NCBI GenBank assembly: GCA_965113315.1
Contig: OZ220364.1
Length of the DNA: 64,000 bases
Origin: Podarcis vaucheri
Taxonomy: Eukaryota
Direction: 5' to 3' (one strand)
Part shown: positions 1 through 12,681 of the stretch, one piece after another
Position numbering within the stretch: the stretch's first letter is position 1
Layout of the letters: the number at the start of each line of letters is the position of its first letter
Notes under the pieces: generated by a model
What the model saw: the letters and a program-made list of their open reading frames with translations, nothing else
What the model was told of the DNA's origin: nothing
The model's database searches: none
Program-made: the position numbers and the translations under genes

Positions 1-3000
1 ATGTATATTTTTCTCAAGCTGAGGACTCTGAATATATATGCTGGAAAGTCTCCATGGCATAATGAAAAGCAATTTAAGAGTAATTTCAAGCTTATACAAA
101 TCACTTATTTAAAAATATGTGATCTGAAGTCATTTCACAATCGTACAAAAGGTTACTATATAAAATGTTTTCTCTTTTCAATAAAGTGCCAAATTCCATC
201 AACCTAGTCTATTTCAAATTCAAGTACCTTCTCTGTACTGACAACCATCCTCTACCTTAGCTCACTCACAATGAATTCTGAACTTCTTGGGTGCAGTGAA
301 TTTGCTATGCTTTCCAGTTTTTCAAGCTGCCACATTCAAAGATCATCTGGCTCAGAACATTTAGAGCTAAGCCACTTAAACTTAATATTATTTAGTATCT
401 GATCTAACATTGCATGCAAAACTGCTATCTAAGGTCTTTGTCTTTCAACTTGGTTAATTCTTTTTTTATTCAGTGGTGGTGTTCAATGCCTACAGCACAG
501 GTGATGCTGTAATACTCAACTACTCAACAAGTTGCTGTAATGATCTAATACTCAACAAGTAGTGGATTATTTGGAGAAACTGGTCTGTCCCACAAAACAT
601 GCAGAAAATGGGATTTCACCGTCCTATTAAGTATCCTTCCTAGTCCTTCCAAGAGCTTGCAATGAAGTATGCAACTGCTTATTTTCTGGTAGCTATTGTA
701 CCTGCTAAAGGAAAATCTTCTGCATTTTCTATGTGTTATGTGTGAGAAACTTCTGAGGTTACACCTGGCAAACTTGCATAGTTGTGCTAATTAGAGAAAA
801 ATAGAAATCCCCATGTGTCATCTTTTGAGCTACAGGAAATAGAGACTGGGCAGAAAAGCATGTAAGCTGAAGCAAAACTGTGCTCAGACAGTTGCAATTT
901 ATTTTGGGAGGGAAGTAATTTCAGTCCACAGAATTTTGGAGCATAATCCACTCCAAAGGAGAATCTAAATCTCACAATAGTTACCAGCTAGCAGACAGTG
1001 CTGATCAGATGCTTCTTGTTACAGATGGCTCTCTTGACTTTTACTGCTCTGGAAATATCCACACCTGAGATGTACACATTATATAAATTTCAGGGGTGGA
1101 GGGAATCAAACATGCCTCTAACTGAATTGCAGGTGCACTTTTCTGTAAACAAGTTTCCCTGAAACACCTTTTCTTGACTACTTAAATACAGAATCATCCA
1201 GCCCATGTGACAATCTGTATCACTTCAGATTACAAATGGATGGATGAAATGGTGAATGCTCACATATTACAAAACTGCACAAATGGGTTGGTAAAGAATG
1301 TTGCTCACCAATGAAAGGAATCTGTCAGTGAAATGAAGGAAGATGACAATTCTCTTCCCCACTACAGGTCCCATGCCATCATCTGTTTGAGGATCCCTAA
1401 TCCCCTGAAGCAGATGGGGGGGGCAGAGAGCTATGAGAGGGTGAATTGCCCCCCTCCACTGCCTCCCTTCCTCATTCTGCTAGCAGATTCCTTCTGGAGT
1501 TCTAATCATCCATGGAGATCACTGGGTGACCTTGCACCAGTCACTGTTTCTCAACCCTATCTCACAGGGTTGTGAGGATAAAAAGGGGAGAAGAAGAACC
1601 ATATACATCACTATGAACTTCTTGGAGGAAAGGTGGGATATAAATGCAATAAACAAATAAAATAAACATCTAATCTGAGTTGATATAACTGAAGTTTGGT
1701 ACAGATATTTTTTAAAAATAAACAAGCTAGTAAACACTGGTTTGGTCATGTCCACAGAATGGAAGATGGCAGGATCCCAAGGACGTGCTCTATGGTGAGC
1801 TGGCTTCAAGCACCAGGCCTGTTGACAGAACCAACTCTGTATTACAAAGATGACTGAAATGTGACATAAAGGCTGGTAACATCAACCCTGCTGTGTGGGA
1901 ATCCCTTGCATATGACAGCAGTGCCTGGAGACAGTCAGTCAGGTTGTGTATCCACAGCAGTGACCAGAGGAGGAATAGGACCGCTGAGAGGAACACAGAG
2001 AGAAGAAACGCCATGGGGCATTAGCCTCAGCACAACTGGGTGCCTTCATCTGCCTCGGCTGCAACAAAACACATCTCATACATACCAGTGTCTCTACAGC
2101 CACAGCAGGTGCTGTAACTCTTCAACAATTTGACTTCACCCCCAAAAGTACATTCCTCCACTGTCCCCTCAGACAGACAGATGCTGTACACCAAAAGAAG
2201 TAAACTCCTGATATAATAGATTCAATGTAGGCATTTCCTTAACACAGCAATGTTGTTCAATTTTAAGCTTATTTGGAAGTACAGTACTGTAAAACTGTTG
2301 CAATGGAACTTATTTCAGAGTTGGTTGTATTGCATGGAAATATTAGTTTACTCACTATCTTTCGAAAAAGAGAAACCAGGCGGACCATAAATGTGCAAAC
2401 ATCCCACTATCACAGTGGATTTAAAAGGTAATATTTTGTTGCAGGTCCACTTGTGTTGCAAAAATGTTGTATCAGTATAAAGAGAAAAGACAGAAGCAGC
2501 ACTAACACCTAGCAGCATACATTGCATTCCCCTCACAATTACAATATCAAATTAACAATTTCATGTAAACATTCAGGTTAATTCCCTGATGAACATATTT
2601 TGTTTCCTCTCATTCTCAGTTTTACCACAAAACTGGGGACATGTATTAGATTTAACGGAATGTGTGTTCTCTGGGAAAAAAATGTTTTTGAGAACTCATT
2701 CCTATTTTACAGGAATGTCTCAAAAATGTTGATTGTTGTGATTCTAAGCCAAGGATAGGGAACCTGTGCCTCTACTGATGTTATTGGACTCCCATCAGCA
2801 CTAGCCAGTATGACCAATCACCAGGTAATAAAGGAAATAAAAGAGCTGGGAGTCCAATAGACTCCCCATCTTGACTGAAATTCTTCTGACAGATGCAACA
2901 CAGATTATGGCCTTTCCCCTCAGTTATCAGTTTAAGCAGTCACCCAAGTTCTGCCTACAACTGAAATTTACTGAAGCATACAGAAGTACAATTTGCTTAA

Positions 3001-5149
3001 TTCAAAGAGGAAGCAGCAGTGACTGCTCAGCAGTTATAGTTGACAAATTAGCATTGTGCAACATCTTACTCTTTTCTTCTCCAAAGTGCTTGAACTTAAA
3101 TAAATGCTTATAATATCCACCTGCTAATATCAAAAACCTTGCCCAAAGTATCAAGCAATATGACTACAGTACATGTGGTAGTTTTCACAGCACTGTGGAG
3201 AAAATATGTCCTAAAAAGCTTAGAACTAGAACACACATTTATAAATTGAAACAGTTTAAAATTATGCTACTTTCGATTGGCAATATCAGAACATTTAGTC
3301 ACCTGAGGCTCAAAGTACTTGTTATGAGGAGTTCTAGAATTCTTTCATCCTTGTGATGGTTAAACACAAAGCAGTCTGGGACAAGGTGGCAGGGGTGGGG
3401 AGCTGCTTAACTCTTTCTCGTTTAGTAGTTGTTTTAGCTCAATATCATACATGCTCAGCTCCTTTTTTAAGTTGTGAGAGAAAAGATGTAGGGTTCCCAT
3501 ATGTTTTCCCCCTATGGAAGGAAAGTAGCTTAGGGAAGGCAGTTGTGAGCAAAATGACCAGAGGGGAAGGGAAAGCAGTTAAGAGGTCTCCCCAGGCACC
3601 TTTTCCCACAGACACAAGTTTGCCCCAGGCTACTTTGGGAATAAAACAAAAGTAGAAATGACATTTGTGATGTATTTTATTTTTCCTCTAAGTTTTAAAG
3701 TATCTTATGTGGGTTTTTTATCTGTCTGTCTGGTTTTAAGTCGCTCTGGGTTGCCCTGGGCAAGATAAAGTGACTAACAAATTCAATAAATAGTAAGAGG
3801 AAGAAGAGGATAAAGAAAAGATAATAGAATTTACTTAACATCGGTAAAATCTATGATACATACCGGTAAATACTTTTAGCATAGCTTTTTGTCGCCAGCA
3901 TGTGCATGTGAGTGCAAATATTTCTGCTTCTGACCTATATTATATGTAAATCAGATCAACATGACCAACATTTTAACAACCTTCATATCACCCTCAAACC
4001 AGTTACTCCATTCATGACATCGCATAAGAAGTATAACACATTCACCAGCTGTGTTCTGTCATCTCTTATGTTCCTTTTATCTTCACTTCTCACTTCCCTC
4101 TGTAGCCCCCTAGCCTCGTGCTGTAGCCCCCCCACTTGTGTGATTTTCACCTGTAGCCTCCTTGGAATATCCTGGGGCCTCCCAGGGGGCCATCTGGCTC
4201 CCAGAGAGGAAACACTGGTCTACACAAATAGCTGCTCTCTAAAAATCCACACATCCACGAAAAACAACTAAAGCTTCACTGTGATGGTTCTGCTACAATA
4301 CTACTTACTTCTGACAAAAACACCAGTTACACCCAAGCCAACCCAGAACTAGCTTCAGCTGTAATTTTTGCCAGATAACCCACTCCTGTTCTATTCCAGA
4401 AAAAAAATCTTCACAAATACCAGTATGTTTGGGGCCTTTATAATTTTCTTTTGCTTAACATTAGAGTATCTCTGTTATCTAATCTTTAAGATAATGATTT
4501 CCTTCAATTTGAATAAAGTTTTCCTTAAATTTGAATTATTAAACAAAAACTATCTGAGAACATTTTAAAGATTTTCCTGATACACAACCATTTATGGATT
4601 AGGATTCATCACATCACATATTATTCAAATTATTTTTTCCAGAGCAAACATTAGATATTGTCTGAAATACTTTTCCAAAGGAAAACTATGTCAGGGAATA
4701 TCTAATGTTTTCACAAAACACAAAAAACCCTCTACAGTATTTCAAAGAACAAGAAGTAGAGATCTGCATCACACTTAACAGCCTTTCCCAACTTGGTACC
4801 CTCCAGGTAGAATGGGAAATACAAACAAGAACACTATATAACATTATTATAATAAAACAGCAGTAAAAAGATTTAGGAGTTTACCTGGAAATGGAAACAT
4901 GCAAATAATCTTAATACTCTGACAAATTGCAAATGCCTTCACAACTAGAGTTTATTCATGAAATTCAATTCAGTCACTTTACTTAATAAGTGCAATAATT
5001 TCAGTGCACTACAACACATATCCACAATCTTTACTACCTACACCAAAGTTCAGGGACAGTAAATTTGATGACAATGTCATTTACCTCAAGAACTTGGACT
5101 TCTTATGGAAATAAAAATGATCTAGATGGTATCCATCCTTAATCACAAT

Positions 5150-5350
5150 GAATGTGGTATCATGGTTAAACTAGGACCTCTGAGACCAGTGTTCAAAACT
5201 TCACTCGGCCATTAAACTAAGTGGCCCAGTCTCAACCTCTCAACCTAACTTCACATGGTTGTTGTGTGAATTAAATAAGGAAGGAGGGAAGCATGTACAC
5301 CATCTTCAGCTACTTGGAGAACATGGTATATAAATGCTATAAATAAATAC
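5150..5350 (+). mobile_element. Ancient tRNA/CORE-type SINE with L2-like tail (MIR/Squam-like); similar copies at ~1524-1666 (+) and ~47230-47376 (-)
   Basis: Degenerate head, CORE-like CTTCACATGGTTGTTGTG, tail TATATAAATGCTATAAATAAA. Confidence 0.55.
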
Positions 5351-8280
5351 TAAAGATCCATTCTTTTCTGAGATTATTCACACAGGCATAGTAACAGATC
5401 AAGAAACGTGCAAGTGCCAGCCCATCTGCACCTGGCGCTATGCATCTGCTCCTATGCCCAGGGCCCAACTTTTGCTTTACCACCAAAAAATGTCACTTGA
5501 ATATTTACTGTGGATGTCGAAGGTTGAACCTTGCATTTAGCAGATGTACACAACACACTGGCAAACAATTTCAAGTGCCTTTCCTACTCTTACTATGTAT
5601 CTTGCTCTGAAGCACCCAATCAGTGTGTTAAGAGTGTATTCATTTTCACAGTTGACTCACAACAGTGAATGCATGATATAAAAGGGTCACCTGGTACAAC
5701 TATTGAGATCAGACATATTCAGGTTAACTGACACACAAAATACTAAAAATAAGCTACATACAGCAGCTTACATGCCTATTCTGAAATGTGTGACTTCAAT
5801 TTCACTCTCATATTAACTGCTTAAAGACAATGCAACTGATATAGAACAGCCTAAATAGAGCAACACACAAGAAAAAAAAGGTGGTAGTTAATGGCTGCAG
5901 TAATTTGGAGGGGTGAAATTTCATAACCTATAATGCTGACTAACTGAAAGTAGTCGTTTTCTATTTTAAAATAAAACAACTTTGCTAGCAGTCTATAAGC
6001 TGTTTAGCCACACTATTTTCCATTCAGTATCAGAAAAGTAGCATACAAACAACAGATGAAAGAATTGTTTTAAAACAGTTTTAAAAATCTTTAAATAAAA
6101 TAAAGCCAACTGGAATAGGGGTTCAGTAAAAAAGTGCCCCTAAAAATTATTCAAGTTCTGCCTTTTTTATTCCACCCCTCCCCCAAATAAGGAGAAACCT
6201 ATTCCTGTGGATGGAAAGAGGAAGTGATGGAAAGAGTGAGGGAAAGAAGAGTCAAAATAGATAATTTCAGAGACGTAAACTGTCCTTCAGAGGCACAAAC
6301 TGTCCATATGAGAGGTATGAAATGTCACTAATTTGTGGACCTCATACTTACACCCCACTCTTCCCAAATGGTACAATGCAGGAGCACTCTGTGTCCTACT
6401 TCTTATTATTTCTGAATTGCTGTCCATGTACAAGATGCTATTCACCATGGTCCCCCACCTTTCGGTTTGGAGAACTACTGTATATTTATACAGACTTTAA
6501 GAGTTATCAATACGTTTATGTCACTCAGTTCTTGTCCTGCAAATGTTCACTCTGTCTGGCTAGAGTTGGAGACTGGATGCAGACAAGCTAACTAAAGCTG
6601 AATCCAGATAAATAATTATGGCTGAAAATGCTTTGTGCCCATGTCTATTCCTTGGACATTCAGATATACCTGAACCTAAATTGTACTATCAATAGGTCCT
6701 TAACAGTCAATACAGCATAAAACGAAGAACATCTATAACCTCAAACAACTATGTATTGTTTTCTATTAAATTTGTTCCAAATAATCTTTTTAAATGTTTA
6801 GGGCATGTCATTCTCACCATGCATGTAATGTTAGTTTCACAGGACGAAAAAGGAAAAACCTGCAGTATTTAGATGAATTACGCAAGGCTTTAAGCAAACT
6901 GTTAACATGCAAAGAGCACAAAAGAAGAAGAAAATTAAACAGAAGTTGAGGTATGAAGAAAAAATAGGAAGTAGAAAATGATACAGGCCTAAGGCTGCAA
7001 TACTATACACATAAACCTAGGAGTAAGTCCTACAATGAGACTTGCTTATGAGCAGACATGCATAAGATCACATAACTCAGAGTACTGACAATTAACTGCA
7101 TAGAAGTACTAAATTAGAACCTATTCACCACTTAATGCTTACATGTATGTTCTAATTGCAATTAAAAAAAATTAGTTACATAGCACTTTCCACTTTACAA
7201 TAGCTATAACACTGCATACTTAATGTATGTCTTATGCTTACATTCCAGAGCAACCGTTTTTTCTAAGCAAGTTTTCAACTGCGATGAAAAATCAAGCTAC
7301 TGTGTATAAGAATCTGTTAAATATATACAAAGCACTCTTGCACAACTTAAAACAAATCTTAAGCATCAATTTATGATATTAGGTAGAATAGAACTTTATT
7401 GCTCCAAGGTCTTTCAGAACTAAAAAGGTACCCAAGAGACTGTCAGGTTGAGATTTTTTAAAAAAAGACTTACCCATGTGTCTAAATTAATGTAACAGTA
7501 ATTAATGGATTAACTTTCAAAGGACTAGGAAAAATTTTCTTTTTATAGAGTGCTGCTATTGGCGGGACTGCCTGTTCTAGATGGAACTTCACTTTAAAGC
7601 AAGTTAAACACTAAAGCTAAGACTGACTGGCCTTAGTCTCAGCTTTGTTTTCGAGGGCCAGATGGCATCCACAGTCAGATTGCTTGCAATTAGTTCCCTG
7701 ATATGTTGCTTACCTCCTTAGAGGGAAGAACCTTGCCACTATTATCATTCAAACCTGGAAGGCTGTAGAAATTTGCAGCAGATGCAGAAACCATCATTCT
7801 AGCCTGTTGGCTGAAACTAGTGTGATACCATACTAGATTCTTATGTGGGAGGCTTAGAATCAATCTTGTGTTCAATGCCCTTGAATACTCACAAAGAGCC
7901 ATTTCACACATTACACAGCAGCAAACTCAGATTTACTTCAGAAGGGCAACTTGACAGGCAGCTCCCAGCAGGCTGAAAAGGAGTGCCTATGATGCATGTG
8001 TTTTCAACATGTGTGTATGTATTTTAGGTGTACACCTAAAAAAATGTGTAAAATGGTACTACATTCACCCAAATGTACTTCACAGGTCAGTCCACGAACT
8101 GCCTTTCAGTTACCAATTGCTTAAATAAGGAATTACTGAAACCCAACCAGAACCAATGGGCAAGGGAGGAGGCAGAGGGTTTGATAGTTTTTGTGAAAAT
8201 TTTAATGTGCACTGTAAGGAAAGCTTAACAAACCAAAGCCTCATTTAAACTAAAGAGAAAGAACCAAAGGAAATCCTTAC

Positions 8281-8539
8281 CTCCATTGATTGGCAGAGGT
8301 GCCAAAAGTTGGCCTCTGACAGCTACTTTGGGAGAATCTTGTCCATAGCGCCCACGCTCAAGTATCAGCAAAGTAGGTGTTGAACGATCAGGACTCAGTA
8401 CAGTCACATTTATGAGGGCTGTATAATATGCTTGACTAGCATTATCTGCACTAGCTGGAAGAGTGTAACAATTAAACAGGACCAAAATGGGCACAGAGGA
8501 TAAATAGCTCCAATAAGGCAAAACCCACTTTAGGAACAT
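8281..8539 (-). CDS. RNF130: RNF130 (Goliath, PA-TM-RING E3 ligase) first coding exon: signal peptide and start of PA domain; remaining exons lie left of the window
   Basis: Translation ...[58 protein letters not shown] matches the RNF130 N-terminus ([17 protein letters not shown]...GRYG.DSPK.EVRGQ.LAPLP); phase-1 donor G|GTAAGG at 8281/8280. Confidence 0.95.
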
Positions 8540-8849
8540 TTTCAGCCCTAAAAAATGTAAATTTTATCTTCAAAACGTCTCTTGAACAAAAGATTACTGT
8601 GTGCATAAATGCATGTTATTCCATATCACAATAAAAAAGAATTAGAATCGCTACAAGAAGCAAGAGAGCCACCCTGCGTGCCTAGTCCTTTCCATACATT
8701 CAGCCACTGGAGGAAGCTTAAAATGATATGGATGGTGGGGGAAAGGAGATTTTAAAAATATATATATCGGGTTTTAAAAGGTGGAAACGAATCCGAACGA
8801 AGAAGCCGGGATAATAACCTAAGCTGCAAGGAAGACGACACACAACAGC

Positions 8850-10220
8850 TTATTCGAAGCAGACGAGGAAGGGGGGGGCACTGGGATCCAAATGCTTTAA
8901 AAGCAGAGGATGGGGCTCCAGAGGCCGAGCAGTCCGTCACTCGATTCCCGAAGAGAGGGGCAGCTCTGGGCCTGCCCGCTCGCCTCCTGGGGCTTCGCTT
9001 TCTGCCAAGGAGATGGATGAAGGTAGGCAGAGAAGCGCAGGTGGCGGCAGTCGCTCGCTCCGGCGGGGCTTCGTATCTCCGGGGGCGGCCGCGGAGAAGG
9101 AGCGGCCGACAGTCTCGTCCGAGGGGGGGAAGCAATCACTCAGCGTCGCCGCTCCACCCGAGGGGCACAGAGACACAGAGAAGGCGAACGGTGCCGCCGC
9201 CGCTTCCAGGACAGCCTGCGGCTCGGCAAGGAGAGCGCTTCGGCGCTGCTGCTTCGGCCGCCCCGGAGCCTTCGGCCCTCCTCAGGCTTGCTGTCGGGTC
9301 CCGAGGCGGAGCCCAGTTTCGCGCGCAGCCTCCACAGACCCTCCCCAGCCCCAGGCGGTCGACTGCGGCGGAGTCAGGAGCCGCGGAAGCTCCATGGAGG
9401 CCGACTCGGCTCCGGCCGCTTCGTGGGTCCCTCCTCTTCCTCTTCCCACCCCCACCCCCCTCGCTCAGTCCAGCCGTGCGACCAACAGCCGAAAGGGAGC
9501 TCGCGGCGCCAGCAGCCCCACCCACCGAGCAACCGTCAAGCCTTTCCCTTTCCCCCCTCAGCTTGGAAACAACGGCAGCCGGCAGCGCCCGGGCGGGTTC
9601 TTACGGCGGAACCACCAACTGCAACCTGCCGGGTAGATTCTCGCGCCGCGTGCGCAGGCGCACTGCGCCAACCCATTGCTCGCCCTCGTCCTCTCTCCCT
9701 CCTCCCCCCACGCACCGCCACGAGGAGGTGGGAGGGAACTCGAGTGAAAAGTCACACCCACTCCTAGGGGAGGGTGCGCGAGCGTTACTGTCAGGGACTG
9801 AGGCAACGGAGGCGGGGCTAGTTTAAAAATAGTTGGGTTGCGCTGGATTCTGAGGGAGAGGCGGCAGCGCGGTCGCTGTTCTTGGGGAGCTGAACCGTCG
9901 AAAAGGGAAAAGGCAGCCAGGCTTAGGGACAGCTGTGCCTGCGAACCAGCTCCACATCTATATGTATCTTCCTTACATTGCTTTACTGCAACCCCTCCCC
10001 CCTCCACACACTCATTGGACACTGAGGCAGGACTGGGGTGTGTGTGTGTGTGTGCGCGCGCGCGCTCCCAACAGAAACTGACCCTTTCTCCTCCGCCGTT
10101 ACCAGTCGATCGAAGCTCAGTGTTATTATTATGCCCTCTTCCGAGGGAGCAAAAGCAGCGCAGCAACACCCGTCAAGCAAATCACTCCTTCGCTCAGTCC
10201 GTTTACCTCACACCGGCCAT
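8850..10220. promoter_or_regulatory. CpG island / RNF130 promoter
   Basis: Abrupt GC- and CpG-rich block just upstream of the RNF130 coding exon; NRF1-type TGCGCAGGCGCA at 9651-9662, TCTCGCG at 9639-9645, GC box GGCGGGGC at 9811-9818. Confidence 0.85.
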
Positions 10221-11101
10221 TCCATTTCCCAGCCATAAGCCCCCTTTTTCCTTCCCCCATTATGCTGTGCCTTCCACACGTTGACATAATAGTTAACGAC
10301 ACTCCACTCCTCCCCATCATTTTAGGAGGAAATTGCCTCACAAATTCACTTCTCTGATGAGAGCTAGAAATCCGCTCAGGCTTCGCGCAACCCACATTTC
10401 TCTGGGACCCAAGTCCCCTCAAGTCCGCATAATTCACCTTGCCTTGCTCCGGTGGAAGGGCCAAAATCAGGGCTAAAGCTGCACATTCAGAAGGTCCTGG
10501 GTCCAGCCTCTTTCATCTCCAGGTAAGGCTGGGAAATATTCCTTTCTGAAACCCTGCAAAGATTTTGCTGGTTGCCGGTTGGTGTAGACCAGGAATACAT
10601 GCTAGAGGTCGGTGAAGCCTGAGATCCGTCTTACACAGACACACACAGCTTTCCCCCAATCCCTCTTTCTCACGCACGGGCTAAGCAGTGTGTGTGTGTG
10701 TGTTGGGGTCTCATGAGGGTCATTTGCCTGGGCGTCTAGATTTCTTCCCTCCTGCCTATGTATTAAGTTGTTGGTGAGTGCATAGTGTAAGCATGTCTCT
10801 TCTGGCTCCTTTTTAATAAGTTAAACCTCATATGCCAAATTACATTTCATTGGGGTTAAATGTGGCTTAAACCATATCCTGATAGAAGAGAAACTTTTTG
10901 TCCCACTGGCAATATGCTGGCCAGACAGTGGATTCACAGAAATATCAAGCTACAGAAGCTGCCTATTTACCCTCTGCTAGTCTATCTATATAGCACCTTC
11001 TGATCCATTCCATTTCCCAGCCATAAGCCCCCTTTTCCTTTCCGCATTATGCTGTGCCTTCCACACGTTATTATTGTATTCTGTGCTGTGCCTTCCACTA
11101 G

Positions 11102-11645
11102 TTATTGTATTCTGCTCTGGTCAGACCTTACCTGGAGTACTGTGTCCAGTTCTGGGCACCACAGTTCAAGAAGGACACTGACAAACTGGAACGTGTCCAG
11201 AGGAGGGCAACCAAAATGGTCAAAGGCCTGGAAACGATGCCTTATGAGGAACGGCTAAGGGAGCTGGGCATGTTTAGCCTGGAGAAGAGGAGGTTAAGGG
11301 GTGATATGATAGCCATGTTCAAATATATAAAAGGATGTCATATGGAGGAGGGGGAAAGGTTGTTTTCTGCTGTTCCAGAGAAGTGGACACGGAGCAATGG
11401 ATCCAAACTACAAGAAAGAAGGTTCCACCTAAACATTAGGAAGAACTTCCTGACAGTAAGAGCTGTTTGACAGTGGAATTTGCTGCCAAGGAGTGTGGTG
11501 GAGTCTCCTACTTTGGAGGTCTTTAAGCAGAGGCTTGACAACCATATGTCAGGAGTGCTCTGATGGTGTTTCCTGCTTGGCAGGGGGTTGGACTCGATGG
11601 CCCTTGCGGTCTATTCCAACTCTATGATTCTATGATCCTATGATC
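11102..11645 (+). mobile_element. CR1 LINE, 5'-truncated (ORF2 C-terminus and 3' tail)
   Basis: [23 protein letters not shown]...[12 protein letters not shown]-type CR1 peptide; (ATTCTATG)n-like tail at ~11620-11645. Confidence 0.95.
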
Positions 11646-12637
11646 TGTCCCTCTTGATTCAAAGGGAAGAGCCTGGACTGTATCACCAGCTGCCAAAACC
11701 AGAAGAGACTTCCTAACCTATGCCAAATATATCCTTAATTATATTGTACCTTTATGTGGGTTTTAACTGGAACCTGGTGTGAGAGCCAATCCTGGCTGAA
11801 AAGCAGTACATAAATAAGTTAATATTATGTAGTGCAATCCCATGTATTTTGCTTAGAAGGGACTCTTATCTAGTTACTTAGGAGTAATACAATTAAACAC
11901 AGCATAATTTACTTATGAGTAAATGCACTTAGAATTGCACTGTGATTCATTTTACTAAATATAAACATCCCATTCTTGTTATACCTTGTATCATCAACCA
12001 GCTTTTCCTCTTTTGGTGCTTATTAGTCCTTCATTGTGACTATTGAGAATGTGGAGAATGAGCACATTTACTTCACAGCAGAATAATGGGCTTAGCATGT
12101 GTTTCATCTACATACATCCACACATTTCATACATACAGAAGACTCATGGCTATTATGGGTGCACATTTTTCAATGTTGGAGTTAAAGATTCATCTCCATC
12201 TTGGTCATACACCGATCAATATTTCATAGATGAAGGTCAGGGTATCACTGGGGTGGGGGAAGACTTGTGGCTGTTACCTGTGCTGGCAATAAAGGGGGAG
12301 AAGCTACAGAATTTGTCCATGCTGTAGCACAGTTTTTGTTGGAGTTTTAATCAGCCTTCTACAACTTATTTAAAAATATTTATAGGCTGCCTTTATGACT
12401 AAAATCCTCTCCAAGTGGCTTACACAATAACACATAAAAACACTTCCTGAAAGTATTAAAACAGAATACAATACTAAAACTTCCAATAAAGCTCACAACA
12501 TTAATAAAAGCCATAATAATAAATACACATGCATCCCAGGAATAAAACATAATTTGCAGAAGTGCAATGGCAGCATAAGGTATCACTCATAAATAAGCCA
12601 CTGAGACTAAGCCGGTTGTCAAGGCCTTTCTGAAGAC

Positions 12638-12681
<44 letters not shown>
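12638..12681. repeat. (AAT)n microsatellite
   Basis: About 14 perfect units. Confidence 0.95.

Noticed and set aside
8752-10464. Many long overlapping ORFs (up to 269 aa) on both strands
   Set aside because: By-product of the GC-rich CpG island; Pro/Arg/Ala/Gly-rich with no recognisable domain
11105-11470. 121-aa ORF with protein-like sequence
   Set aside because: C-terminal fragment of CR1 ORF2, not a host gene
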